From a virus (Duplodnaviria; Caudoviricetes), in the IMG/VR virus record IMGVR_UViG_3300035180_002927, positions 1 to 26,249 of that record: DNA of 26,249 bases; one strand, given 5' to 3'. How positions within the stretch are numbered: position 1 is the first letter of the stretch; each line of letters opens with the position of its first letter. The position numbers and the translations under genes were made by a program. The notes below the pieces were generated by a model. It was given only the letters and a program-made list of their open reading frames with translations, searched no databases and had not been told where the DNA came from. Positions 17,001 to 26,249 of the stretch are shown in pieces.

Positions 17001-17685
17001 TTCCATGTATCTTCAAATTACCAGTAGTTGAATAGTTACGTCCAATTACTATGGCATAATACTGCCCTGGCACAATCAAGGAACGACCATCTATATTTGA
17101 CACCAGCGGTTCAGTTGCAAAATCAACGTCAATATATGGGAAAGAATTATTAATCGTGTTATGGTCTAAAACCCGCCTAGCTAAAACCTGAGACGAAGGC
17201 TCAGTGGTAAGAGGGTCGGTTCCAGTGGGCAAAGTCGAATTGCAATTACAGCTATTGCTTGATACACAATTAGTGCCTACCAGTGGCCTAATTTCTACAA
17301 AAATTTCACCGAACACAATGCCTGGTGCAACATCCACCAACATCCATAGCCTTACTTTCTGGATATTGTTGCTTCTGGCGTAAAACTTTTGGGCGTATAA
17401 GATTCTGGGATCGTCACTTGCCGCTATAGTAATAGGGTTATTGGCTTGAGTGGACGTTTGAAAGTCCAAATATGCACTATTATTACGATAGGAATCAACA
17501 ACCACTCTCATTGCGTTTAAATCATATGGAGTAGGATTTACTACTCCATTATTAAACATAGACAGAATAAGAGCGGTGCGCTTTGCCGCATCGTATGTAA
17601 CAATGCGCTGGAGATTGTCCTTATATATGTTTTGATTCGAATAGAAGATCGGTTTCAATATAGTATCGCTCATAGTCATCCCCAA
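14017..17685 (-). CDS. Large putative virion structural protein with FN3-like domains
   Basis: 1222 aa; LQWTPP...IVRS..YP...DG, YYYTLFTYN..G, LSWVNP.D....V.I, YYYTVFTYDVNGN. Start may be ATG 17679 or 17673. Confidence 0.75.
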   Translation of the reverse strand: MGMTMSDTILKPIFYSNQNIYKDNLQRIVTYDAAKRTALILSMFNNGVVNPTPYDLNAMRVVVDSYRNNSAYLDFQTSTQANNPITIAASDDPRILYAQKFYARSNNIQKVRLWMLVDVAPGIVFGEIFVEIRPLVGTNCVSSNSCNCNSTLPTGTDPLTTEPSSQVLARRVLDHNTINNSFPYIDVDFATEPLVSNIDGRSLIVPGQYYAIVIGRNYSTTGNLKIHGNFGNNLANLDGYVTKFDPSTGLWINYSGDSIAYQIFSDTIEVLPGDSIIAGSSVNNPIYVQDSNGNLVRYHLGNIDLAHVKSLASAGAVGQSGDGRNMVIARIREVDMEFQPNPRTGNPNATATAEVIEVSVTTEKLWAAMSSSERDSWLVLAYVTDENIKTIKGLYEPPCDINAAAIAGNWSPGLIKIEDARVFIPHAQSLKYGVLDEPPGRAVSTTYNANLVVPQVNNDLALAPIYINSEGGVPSSIFKTGCVDRNHLSVFDSAFGITLTTPHMGKYLFYADDAGTLKKINIIPPMPQNVIASADVTSVPRTLNASTTVGACVNANMGLRVRLQWTPPVDPTSYRGIVIVRSTEDYPRSIDDGVIIAASERTFTTTDGRVYNFDPVGQANPCCSSDTADAGIIGRRRGLNSALPSLPMELVSAIDGTLNSLNGVVEYSVVPGNDFNVTLSAFNLSSAILHPRFDVDLVYANGSISLLRDYQAANADTMNVSSNSIKIVLPLTIPSQIGEPSKNPSPPTRSPSALMYSGGSRPWDPLPDPHPWDPVLVYKDLPTGYLYLCIRVYDGFASTHPQIGALTLILKNETGTGFKTGLAVTSAPLYENGQAISNYIADSTSILTSPSISMLNTSTVPFGRLSLKPQWIANYRNGAINQIVPSNSIDLTPLTVVNGSEVPMDTLFDYIGANDSATPATVASGAFSLQFIDIVGSSIAIGDSSTLSPSELFLSVVDETSTADIKPIVAYYNQSLYLVPRQQLVLNKECTCYVDAYSGTAYSAGFVGCERGFNAASCNNGMSYNLIYYYTLFTYNDAGHFSYADRCAMAEYGIGNALPPGPICQLSILQQASGNHGTQYDSVALSWVNPNDASLYGVRIYVSQHRYATNFVEPFNANDPMYILYDSVLTPNLNSIVNVGPGTSSAIIDGVDNFTHGYRELYKLSSGGDAVFAESSTSPAVQFEAGAVYYYTVFTYDVNGNYNMPTCIDRGQISYAPSSPMS

Positions 17686-17706
17686 GAGTTGATATTTTAT
17701 TAATAG

Positions 17707-20697
17707 CTAAACAAAATTAACATAGACCGTCGAATTTGCTGGACGAACCATCGAAATTAAGTTTGTGATTAATACCTTATCCAGTGGAAAACTAAAGGGA
17801 TTAAGCACATTAACGGTAAGCTCAAAATTGCGTCCGAATTCATCCTGTAGATTTGTAAAGGTCATTGCCTCAATAGCGGATATATTAAAATCATATCCTA
17901 ACGTTACACGGCTATCGCTCAGAGAAATAGGTTGTTGACGTTGATAGGCGGCTATTTCCATAGTAGTTAGGGGCGCGTTCATAATGGCAAATTGATCTAT
18001 CAACACCTGACCTGGATAACGCCCGTTAATGTCTCCCCCAATATATATAGCTGTAAAATCAGACACATTACTAATAAACTGCCCGTTTATTTCTTTAACA
18101 CTAGTCTTACTCTTCACGGCATTTAGCCACTGCGTTGGCTCAGTATCGTATTTTTGCGTAGGTTGCTCATTCATGAGGTCTAACCAGTCATAGAATGTAC
18201 CGCTATAAACCTGGTTAGAAAATGTTAAAATTCCGTTAACATATGACGAAGTTTGGTACGGAACCCCAGCTACAAGCTGATTAAAAAAGCTCTGTAGCCC
18301 CTCTATTGTACGTGGAAACTTTGTACCTGGATTGCCAACAGACACTGTGCTAGGATCAACTATCGTACCCAGTTTATCTGCGATAAACTTATTGACCCTG
18401 GCTTTTACCGTATGAGTCTTGCCATCATCTCCAACAAATGTAGAATCACCATAATCCCCAGATAATCTTTCTTCAGCCGTTACTTCTTCTATGCCGAGAG
18501 TAGCACCTGTGTCATATTTCAACAGACTGCGCAACTCTCCATTGACATATAAACGCATAAAATTAGCAGCGGGAGAAGATGAATTGTTCCACGTGATAGC
18601 AACATGGTTATATTCATTGCCATTCAAGTCCTTAGAGGACAATGGGCAATGAATGGCAAACTTATCCGTTCGCACAGAATTAGTTCCAGAAATAGGAGTA
18701 AAGCCAACAATTTCAAATGTCAAATTATCTATTTCGTCTATGTATAAAGAAAAGGAAGCTGCAAGACCATTGGAGCCAATAAAAGGCTGCATATCCACGA
18801 TGTAGTATTTAGTTCCCCTTACTTTGCACAGTCTTTTCACCCACATTTGGATTGTGCCTGTCGTTATACTAAAATATCTTATATTGGGAACTATCAGTGG
18901 GGTCCCACTAAAAACCCCAGCCTGGCCAAAAAGAGAATCCGTTAAAAAAATGCCAGAATAAAAAGGATAAAAAGAAGCAAAATTATCATAGCAACCATCA
19001 AAATGTACAACCATTAAATTATGCCGATTGTTATCCACAAAGGGGGCCAGCCTATTATTTGTTTTGACTGGACTAATACCCAAAGAATTAGAAACCAAAT
19101 CATTATTGAATGCTTTATCTAATAGCCTTTGTTCAAGTAAAATAGCATCGGCAGGATAGTAAGAATCGTAAACATAGCCAGCGTCATATTTGGGTTTGTC
19201 AATTCCTAGATGCGGGGCTAAGTCGTATTTCATTTGAGAAGAAGAGGAACCCAAATATAAAGAACGTCCCGTTTTTTTCAGTTTAATGTCAAGTCCGGTA
19301 TCATATTCAAAAGAATATTTACCTGGGGGAAGCAAACCATCCGTGCCTTCTACAGAAAAGGAAAAAGACAATACAGCATTAACCTTATTGGCACTAATAT
19401 CTACATAGTAATATCGGGAGAAATCACCACCGCTACCAACAAAATACGTCCCGCTCTGAGTAATGGTAATAGACTTCCCTACGTCTCCCGTGCTCCATAC
19501 ATAGGAACCATTACCGCCCGAGGCCGTAGCTATTACCCACTTATCTTGTGCGCTATTATCTGCCCATGTAAAAGTAATTTCTAGTGGTTGTACTGTAGCG
19601 GTTTGAAGGGCAAGAGAATGTTGCCCGCCCCCCGCGATGGCCGTAATCCCCGTGAGCCCTGAAACCTGGACTGGGACATTGCTATCGGTGTTGGCCCCGT
19701 TGTCGAGTTCACCGCCACCGTTATACCCGTTATACCCCCAGGCCCAGACCGTACCATCCTGTTTCAAGGCGAGGGAATGATCGTCACCCGCCGCGATGGC
19801 CGTAATTCCAGTTAAACCTGAAACCTGGACAGGGACATTGCTATCGGTATTGGTCCCGTTGCCGAGTTCGCCGTCACCGTTATACCCACAAGCCCAAACC
19901 GTCCCATCACTCTTCAAGACAAGAGAATAACTATCGCCAGCTGCGATGGCCGTGATCCCCCCCATGAGCCCTGAGACCTGGACAGGGACATTGCTATCGG
20001 TGTTGGTCCCATTGCCGAATTGGCCGTTGCCATTCGAGCCCCACGCCCAGACCGTCCCGTCACTTTTCAAGGCGAGGGAATGGTCAGAACCCCCCGCGAT
20101 GGCCGTAACGCCAGTAAGCCCTGAAACCTGGACTGGGACATTGCTGTTGGTGTTTGTCTCGTTGCCGAGTTGGCCCCAATAATTATACCCCCACGCCCAA
20201 ACCGTCCCGTCATTTTTCAATGCAAGGGAATGTTTTTCTCCCCCCGCGATAGCCGTTATCCCCGTAAGCCCTGAAACCTGAACGGGCACATAGCTATTGG
20301 TGTTGGTCCCGTTGCCGAGTTGGCCCCAATAATTATCCCCCCACGCCCAGACTGTTCCGTCACTTTTTAGGGCAAGGGAATGCAACTCTCCACCCGCAAT
20401 GGCCGTTACCCCAGTGAGCCCTGAAACCTGGACGGGGACATTGCTTGAGGCGTTGGTCCCGTTGCCAAGTTGACCAGAAGCATTCAACCCCCAGGCCCAC
20501 GCCGCGCCGTCATTCCTTATGGCAAGGGAATGACACCAGCCGCCCGCAATTTTCGTAATTCCCGTAAGATTAGAAACCTGGACGGGGACATTGCTACTGG
20601 TGTTGGTTCCGTTGCCGAGTTGGCCGTTACCGTTATCCCCCCACGCCAGCACCAAATCACTATCCGTAAGACCAGAAATATTAACATTAGTAGTCAT
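17707..20697 (-). CDS. Putative virion protein: 7 RCC1 repeats plus LamG/concanavalin-A-like domain
   Basis: Repeats of HSLALK.DGTVWAWG.N..GQLG.G.....VPVQV; LamG motifs GTIQMWVK, NHVAITW, LYVNG, IDQFAI. Start ATG 20697 (alternative GTG 20703). Confidence 0.88.
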   Translation of the reverse strand: MTTNVNISGLTDSDLVLAWGDNGNGQLGNGTNTSSNVPVQVSNLTGITKIAGGWCHSLAIRNDGAAWAWGLNASGQLGNGTNASSNVPVQVSGLTGVTAIAGGELHSLALKSDGTVWAWGDNYWGQLGNGTNTNSYVPVQVSGLTGITAIAGGEKHSLALKNDGTVWAWGYNYWGQLGNETNTNSNVPVQVSGLTGVTAIAGGSDHSLALKSDGTVWAWGSNGNGQFGNGTNTDSNVPVQVSGLMGGITAIAAGDSYSLVLKSDGTVWACGYNGDGELGNGTNTDSNVPVQVSGLTGITAIAAGDDHSLALKQDGTVWAWGYNGYNGGGELDNGANTDSNVPVQVSGLTGITAIAGGGQHSLALQTATVQPLEITFTWADNSAQDKWVIATASGGNGSYVWSTGDVGKSITITQSGTYFVGSGGDFSRYYYVDISANKVNAVLSFSFSVEGTDGLLPPGKYSFEYDTGLDIKLKKTGRSLYLGSSSSQMKYDLAPHLGIDKPKYDAGYVYDSYYPADAILLEQRLLDKAFNNDLVSNSLGISPVKTNNRLAPFVDNNRHNLMVVHFDGCYDNFASFYPFYSGIFLTDSLFGQAGVFSGTPLIVPNIRYFSITTGTIQMWVKRLCKVRGTKYYIVDMQPFIGSNGLAASFSLYIDEIDNLTFEIVGFTPISGTNSVRTDKFAIHCPLSSKDLNGNEYNHVAITWNNSSSPAANFMRLYVNGELRSLLKYDTGATLGIEEVTAEERLSGDYGDSTFVGDDGKTHTVKARVNKFIADKLGTIVDPSTVSVGNPGTKFPRTIEGLQSFFNQLVAGVPYQTSSYVNGILTFSNQVYSGTFYDWLDLMNEQPTQKYDTEPTQWLNAVKSKTSVKEINGQFISNVSDFTAIYIGGDINGRYPGQVLIDQFAIMNAPLTTMEIAAYQRQQPISLSDSRVTLGYDFNISAIEAMTFTNLQDEFGRNFELTVNVLNPFSFPLDKVLITNLISMVRPANSTVYVNFV
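19605..20650. repeat. About 150-bp tandem RCC1-coding repeats (7 units), GC-rich
   Basis: Recurring gaaacctggac..ggacattgct..cggt.ttggtcccgttgccgagtt at about 150-bp period. Confidence 0.9.
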
Positions 20698-20810
20698 TGG
20701 CACGCCTTAGTCCGCTTGTCGTTACGTGGCATAGTTCCTTCCTAAGCATTTTTCCTCAAGCTTCACTGAATTATGATTTTTTATAACGACAATAGTCATA
20801 TCACCTCGTT

Positions 20811-22409
20811 TTAACCAATTACCACTTTTATTTCTATAATAGCCCCACTTTTAAATCTATATTTTGAATTAGAAGGCCCATTAATTATAAAACGCCAGCC
20901 ATTAGGAATTTCTTCATATGAAACATAAGGCGAGCCCTTGATGAGATCTGAGAGCAAGTTTCCGTTCTGATGTACTGAAAAATTAATATATGAAACTGGA
21001 ATAGACCTACCTAGTTGCTCCGTAACTTCGAAAACAATCTCCGCATAACGGTCACATCCGCCCTGCCCCACGGGACTAAGAACATTAAGCTCAAATGACA
21101 ATGGTTCATAGGAAAGGTCTACATTTACCGAGGGTGTCACGGTAGTTAACTGGCCCGTAGACAACGCCGCTTTATAATTACCGGCTACTGTTGGAACAAG
21201 TAAAGTCTCTGTCGTACGTATAGATGCAATGTCATTTATAAACCAATAGACATCGGTAATTTGCTGGCCTGGCCATATAACCTCAAGTGTCGGCGGTCCT
21301 ATTAAATTGGGAGTAACGGTGATATATGCCCCCATTATAACTACATAAACGCTATCCGACGTCGCAGAACATCCATGTGCGTCAGTTATTTCTACTGAGT
21401 AATTCCCTGGAAATGCAGCTAAATAGCTAGATGAAGTGGCACCATTTATAGCAACTCCCTCTAAAAGCCATTGATAAGTCGAATAGATAGCTGGGACAGA
21501 AAGCATAGCCCCAGCCACATTAATCGTTGGGGGAGTTGGATAACCAAACAGTTGGACCGAGTGTATAGCGGAAGTCGCGCTGCAACCATTGGAATCTACA
21601 ACAGATACGGTGTAGTCTCCCGTTGCCGTTGCTGTATAATTTTGCGCCGTCGCGCCTGGAATTGGCACATTATTTAGCATCCACTGATACGAGGAATATG
21701 TCTGGGTAGATAAATCAACGGCCACGCAACCGGTAGAATCACCGCTAATGGTAACTGCAGGAAAACCGTAAATAGTTACTAATGTGCTTGGTGACGTACC
21801 TGTGCATATTGATGTTCCATGCTGCTCCCCAACCCTAACGGCATAATTACCACTTTCAGTAGCAACATAGGTTTGTGCCGTAGCCCCATTAATGTCTATG
21901 CCGTCTTTGATCCATTGATAAGAAAAATAATTTTGAGTCGATAAGACAGTCGAACCACATGCGGCCATAGTTCCAGATACGGTAGGAGTGGGTAAATTGT
22001 AGAAAGATATAATAACAGGGCCAGAATAAAAATCTCCGCCCGTATAGGGGACCGTAACTTTAACTCTATAATATCCTGTACCATTAACTGTAGAAGAAAC
22101 AGTAAAAGAAGATGAGTTTGCGCCAGCAATTCCTACATAAGAAACTCCATTTGTAGAATATTGCCATTGATAAGTCAAAAACTCATTAGTAGATAATGTA
22201 ACTGTCCCATCGACGCAGACGGATGACGAGGTATAATAAATAGGTACAATTGGATACTGGTCAAATTCACCAAGTGTTATTACTACAGATGCTCTATATG
22301 AAGAGGGTTGAACTAATGATGATCTAACAGAGCTAACATGCGCGTTAGCCGTCTTTATACTAGAGAGGGGAAAAACATTTAGCTTAACACCTGGATAATA
22401 AGCAGTCAT
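20811..22409 (-). CDS. Ig-like repeat protein (putative virion decoration/adhesin)
   Basis: Four repeats of YQW...G..I.GA....Y.....G.Y.V.V. Confidence 0.8.
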   Translation of the reverse strand: MTAYYPGVKLNVFPLSSIKTANAHVSSVRSSLVQPSSYRASVVITLGEFDQYPIVPIYYTSSSVCVDGTVTLSTNEFLTYQWQYSTNGVSYVGIAGANSSSFTVSSTVNGTGYYRVKVTVPYTGGDFYSGPVIISFYNLPTPTVSGTMAACGSTVLSTQNYFSYQWIKDGIDINGATAQTYVATESGNYAVRVGEQHGTSICTGTSPSTLVTIYGFPAVTISGDSTGCVAVDLSTQTYSSYQWMLNNVPIPGATAQNYTATATGDYTVSVVDSNGCSATSAIHSVQLFGYPTPPTINVAGAMLSVPAIYSTYQWLLEGVAINGATSSSYLAAFPGNYSVEITDAHGCSATSDSVYVVIMGAYITVTPNLIGPPTLEVIWPGQQITDVYWFINDIASIRTTETLLVPTVAGNYKAALSTGQLTTVTPSVNVDLSYEPLSFELNVLSPVGQGGCDRYAEIVFEVTEQLGRSIPVSYINFSVHQNGNLLSDLIKGSPYVSYEEIPNGWRFIINGPSNSKYRFKSGAIIEIKVVIG

Positions 22410-22471
22410 TTCTTAGTTCCTATATAAACTCTCAGATGTTATTGCTATAGACATTCCTCTATATGATGACA

Positions 22472-22738
22472 TTAAACACTTCCCTTTATCACGAATATTC
22501 GCCAACGCGTAGGATTGGCATTATAAATAGTGACAAGTCTTGAAGAAATACTGGCTCTTAATTCTATTTGAGCAACCTTGGAAATAAAATCTTGCCCTAT
22601 CGTAGAATTATTTTGCAGAATAAGAGCTGGAGAGAACAAACGTCGGGATGGCGTAAAAAGACTAACATGCACATTAGCCATCTTTATATTAAGAAGAGGA
22701 AAAATATTTAGTTTAATACTTGGATAATGAGCAGTCAT
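22472..22738 (-). CDS. Small protein paralogous to the N-terminus of 20811-22409 (possibly truncated)
   Basis: MTAHYPSIKLNIFPLLNIKMANVHVS vs MTAYYPGVKLNVFPLSSIKTANAHVS. Confidence 0.65.
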   Translation of the reverse strand: MTAHYPSIKLNIFPLLNIKMANVHVSLFTPSRRLFSPALILQNNSTIGQDFISKVAQIELRASISSRLVTIYNANPTRWRIFVIKGSV

Positions 22739-22748
22739 CTCTTAACCC

Positions 22749-24551
22749 CTACATAATTCCTTCTCTAAGCCAGGCATCTAAATAATTGGAACCGGCGCTA
22801 GACCCATATAGATATCTATATGCCTCATCAACAATTAAATAGGTAGAAGCGTTTGTTGGAACCGTTACCCAAGTATCGGTAATAGTTATGGATGTAGTGT
22901 CATTAGATAATATTTTATGTATTTCGCCTGCTCCGGGTCCTGAGGTAATCATCACAACGTTAGTTGCGAAGGCGTTATTTGTCCAAATCGATGCCTTCCC
23001 ACTGTCAGATAAAGTATTGGTGGTAGCGGAAGTGCATGTTCCTGAGCTTAGCACGTTAAGGGCCATCATATCTTCCCTGGCAAAGTTACTAGAATAGCAA
23101 TGGTACATATATTGGTCTATATACCCCAACAGACCGTCGTCAGATCCATTGTAAGTATAAAACGCAAGTGGCTGTAAGACAAAAGAGCCAGTTCTCGTTT
23201 CTGGATTTGTTGTAGCGCCATTCTCGGGAACGAACGTGGAAAGACGCTCAACTCCCGATGGGGCCGTAGCAGAGCCAGACGCGTCCCAAAAACATGTCGC
23301 ATAAAATCTATCTCCATTGGGCGGCATTAATCCAAATGTAGAAGGCGTTTTCCCTATAAATGCCCCTGAGTCATAATTGTTCGCAACCGAAGAAAACGTT
23401 AAAGTATTGGGAGAAGAGGCCGTATTTACCGCGCTTAAAGTTGCAGTTTCTCTACGTCCAGTCTGAAGACCCCCGGATGTATATCTGCCAATAATTTGAT
23501 ATTTTTTTCCAACGATAAAATTGGAAGCGTCAGCAACGCTGACCGTCACGTTTGAACCAGAGGATATCGCTCCCGTAGTAGTCGAAACCGGTGTCGGCCA
23601 ATAGCGCTTATTGAGATGACCGAAACCTGCCTGAGCATATGTACCTGAAATCAATGTATATATAAATACAGTATCTAATGAGCCGTAAATCCAATAGTAT
23701 AAACTACCCTCAGTAGTAGCTATATATGTCTCTGGCGAAGTTAGGCCGTAACCACCATTATATGATGCAGCCGTGCCATAATGATAAGTTGTGTCCCAAT
23801 TCTCATAGGCCATAAAATACACATTGTTAGTCGACTGCTGGACAAAAACCAGAATATACTCCGGCCACCTATCTGATAATTCTCCAGCGCTCTTATACAC
23901 TCGCCAGTTTCCATTTGTAAAGACATGCGGGCCAGTCCCATTGTTAGAGGCATACGTAGAAGTCGAACTATTGGGCGCATCCGCTAATTTGAAAGTATTA
24001 CTATTATTACCCGATACGCCAAAAACATAATAACCTTGATTCAGTGTCATCCCGGAAGGAACACCGCCAGAATAGACAAAAAAGACATAGTCTCCATTTG
24101 CAAACCCATGTGGACTAGCAGACGTAAAAGTATGACTGGTAGAATCATAGGTACAACTAGCAGCACCTCCTCTTATAAAAATATGATTATTTGACCCATA
24201 AGAGGTTAGATTAATAGCCGACCCGCCTGAAGATGATGCTAGCTGGAAAGTGTTATCGTCCACCTTTATTACATAATAAAGAGTGTTGGCGGTTAATCCT
24301 CCTATAGGCGAACCAGTTGTTATATAAAACACTGAATCATTAGTACTGAAACCATGATTTGGTATAGTAATTGTGCCAGGGCTGCTAGCGCTGCCAGCAG
24401 TAACATTATTATAATTAGCGACTTTACGATTGGCCATGGAAATACCATCGCACAAAGTCCATCCCATCGACTCTAATGCCATATCTATTTGATCCATGAG
24501 TCCATATCGACCAGTAATTAATGCCTGCCTCACATAATGTTTATAAGCCAT
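22749..24551 (-). CDS. Putative virion/tail structural protein
   Basis: Two HGF..[N/G]D.VF......G.T.N..YYV......TF.LA repeats; C-terminal GT.TS....L.D...W..N......V.IT.G.G.G...I..N motif common in phage structural proteins; SD GGAGG. Confidence 0.75.
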   Translation of the reverse strand: MAYKHYVRQALITGRYGLMDQIDMALESMGWTLCDGISMANRKVANYNNVTAGSASSPGTITIPNHGFSTNDSVFYITTGSPIGGLTANTLYYVIKVDDNTFQLASSSGGSAINLTSYGSNNHIFIRGGAASCTYDSTSHTFTSASPHGFANGDYVFFVYSGGVPSGMTLNQGYYVFGVSGNNSNTFKLADAPNSSTSTYASNNGTGPHVFTNGNWRVYKSAGELSDRWPEYILVFVQQSTNNVYFMAYENWDTTYHYGTAASYNGGYGLTSPETYIATTEGSLYYWIYGSLDTVFIYTLISGTYAQAGFGHLNKRYWPTPVSTTTGAISSGSNVTVSVADASNFIVGKKYQIIGRYTSGGLQTGRRETATLSAVNTASSPNTLTFSSVANNYDSGAFIGKTPSTFGLMPPNGDRFYATCFWDASGSATAPSGVERLSTFVPENGATTNPETRTGSFVLQPLAFYTYNGSDDGLLGYIDQYMYHCYSSNFAREDMMALNVLSSGTCTSATTNTLSDSGKASIWTNNAFATNVVMITSGPGAGEIHKILSNDTTSITITDTWVTVPTNASTYLIVDEAYRYLYGSSAGSNYLDAWLREGIM

Positions 24552-24576
24552 AAGAATCCTCCATTCGATAAATTAT

Positions 24577-24995
24577 CTACGTAGTTATAGTGACTACGAT
24601 TACGATATTAGAATGATATTTAAATCTATGTTCAGAACTTTCTCCCTCAATGACAAAGTGCCAACCGTTAGCTAATTCAAAAGAAGAAATATAGTGAGAG
24701 CACTTTGTCAAGCCTTCTATTAAAGCCCCCCGTTATGATACACAGAAAAATTAATATAAGACAATGGAAAACTTCTGTTATAAGTCTCCACTATGCCAAA
24801 AGCGATACCGGTATAGCGGCTCACGCCTGCATTATCTGCCGTAGGGACAAGCGTGATGTCTGGTGAAGCGGAAACAATTATCGACCCACCTAAGAACCAA
24901 TCACAACCGACAATAGTTTTGCCAGGCCAAAAAGCTTGAACTGTAGGAAGGCCAGAGTTCCCATTTGACACGAATGTGAGATATGCATCGGCCAA
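24577..24995 (-). pseudogene. Frameshifted paralog of the C-terminal domain of 20811-22409
   Basis: The ORF stops after YINFSVYHNGGL. The -1 frame continues LIEGLTKCSHYISSFELANGWHFVIEGESSEHRFKYHSNIVIVVTITT*, matching LLSDLIKGSPYVSYEEIPNGWRFIINGPSNSKYRFKSGAIIEIKVVIG. The break is at a G6 run. Confidence 0.7.
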
Positions 24996-25009
24996 GCTCT
25001 AACTCTCCA

Positions 25010-26249
25010 TCATACTGGGGAAATTGTAAGGTCTCTACCAGATAGACTTAAATCTATATCTGAATTTATCAAAGTTTTAACACTATCAAAGTCAATAGAG
25101 AAAATTACTGGAGAATCCTTACCATCAGTTAACATTTCTATTCTATATTGTATAAACCTACCAATGGCATTAGACAGTGCCGCCTCATAGTCTATTGTCC
25201 AATCACACTTTGATACATAAGCCCCAATATCATAATCATAAGCATATCCATCGGCATCGCTAGTAATGCTATTCGTCAAACTCAACTCTATCCATGATGC
25301 CAGGGCAAGTTGGTCGGACGTGTCAGCCACACGATACATCACCTTGAATAACGATGTCAATATGCCAGCACCATGACCAGCATACCCATCGTCACAATAT
25401 TCAGAAACACAGCCGTCGGAAGCCAGACCACAGCCTCCTGGAGGTCTTAAAATATACTTTTGGCGTTGAAGACTGGCTGTAGAAACCCTAACAGTGACTT
25501 TAGTCCATTCTAACCCTGGTATTGTACTATCGTATACTTTCGAAGTATACATGTTAACTACAGATGGCTCTGTAGTAATTTGAAGGGCGATGGAATAGTC
25601 ACTGCCTCCAGCAATAGCCGTGATCCCAGTAAGATTAGAAACCTGAACGGGAACATTACTACTGGTATTGGTCCCGTTGCCGAGTTCGCCGTACCAGTTA
25701 GCCCCCCAGGCCCATACCGTCCCGTCATTTTTCAAGGCGAGGGAATGATTACCACCCCCCGCGATGGCCGTGATCCCGGTAAGATTAGAAACCTGAACTG
25801 GAACATTACTACTGGTATTGGTCCCATTGCCGAGTTGGCCTTCATTGTTATGCCCCCAGACCCAAACCGTTCCGTCATTTTTCAACGCGAGAGAATGATC
25901 ACCGCCCCCCGCGATGGCCGTGATGACCGTCCCATCGGGGAAAGAAACCTGGACGGGAACATTGCTATCGGTGTTGGTCCCGTTGCCGAGCTGGCCGTAT
26001 TCATTACCACCCCAGGCCCAGACCGTCCCGTCATTTTTCAGGATGATGGAATGTGAGTCGCCCCCCGCGATGGCCGTGATCCCGGTAAGATTAGAAACCT
26101 GAACTGGAACATTGCTATCTGTAGTTGTCCCGTTGCCAAGCTCGCCGTCGCCGTTATACCCCCAGGCCCAAACCGTACCATCGTTTTTTAAGGCGAGGGA
26201 ATGTGCACCGCCCCCCGCGATGGCCATGATCCCTGTGAATCCCGAAACG
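25010..26249 (-). CDS. RCC1-repeat putative virion protein, 5'-truncated by the window edge
   Basis: Frame is open to the edge (VSGFTGIMAIAGG...); more than 4 RCC1 repeats, then YTSKVYDS...GRFIQYRIEM...SPVI.SI, a pattern seen in phage structural proteins. Confidence 0.85.
   Translation of the reverse strand, partial: VSGFTGIMAIAGGGAHSLALKNDGTVWAWGYNGDGELGNGTTTDSNVPVQVSNLTGITAIAGGDSHSIILKNDGTVWAWGGNEYGQLGNGTNTDSNVPVQVSFPDGTVITAIAGGGDHSLALKNDGTVWVWGHNNEGQLGNGTNTSSNVPVQVSNLTGITAIAGGGNHSLALKNDGTVWAWGANWYGELGNGTNTSSNVPVQVSNLTGITAIAGGSDYSIALQITTEPSVVNMYTSKVYDSTIPGLEWTKVTVRVSTASLQRQKYILRPPGGCGLASDGCVSEYCDDGYAGHGAGILTSLFKVMYRVADTSDQLALASWIELSLTNSITSDADGYAYDYDIGAYVSKCDWTIDYEAALSNAIGRFIQYRIEMLTDGKDSPVIFSIDFDSVKTLINSDIDLSLSGRDLTISPV
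25580..26249. repeat. About 150-bp tandem RCC1-coding repeats, GC-rich
   Basis: For example, 25621-25686 vs 25771-25836 differ at 3 of 66 nt; units resemble those at 19605-20650. Confidence 0.9.

Noticed and set aside
19605-20650. Periodic repeats as a CRISPR array
   Set aside because: The 150-bp in-frame, degenerate units encode RCC1 blades; there is no repeat-spacer structure.

Overview
This window looks like a segment of a large (jumbo-type) tailed dsDNA phage genome, with every credible gene on the minus strand. In transcription order (right to left) it holds four modules. (1) A virion/tail structural module: two genes with GC-rich RCC1 beta-propeller repeat cassettes, a LamG domain, Ig-like and FN3-like repeats, and duplicated, truncated or frameshifted paralogous modules. 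(2) A tnpA-less IS200/IS605-family element (12839-13997) encoding a compact TnpB, with IS608-like ends and a predicted TTAC target; it sits inside a duplicated copy of the neighbouring gene's 3' end. (3) Two GT4 glycosyltransferases, a monocistronic tubulin/FtsZ-family GTPase, and a lysozyme + subtilisin S8 protease + DUF1003 membrane protein cluster. (4) A replication operon (SF2 helicase, two unknowns, DnaC-like loader, DnaB with a zinc-ribbon insertion), followed by a class II ribonucleotide reductase carrying an Ala-starting intein that runs off the left edge. All calls come from motif recognition by eye; no database searches were run.
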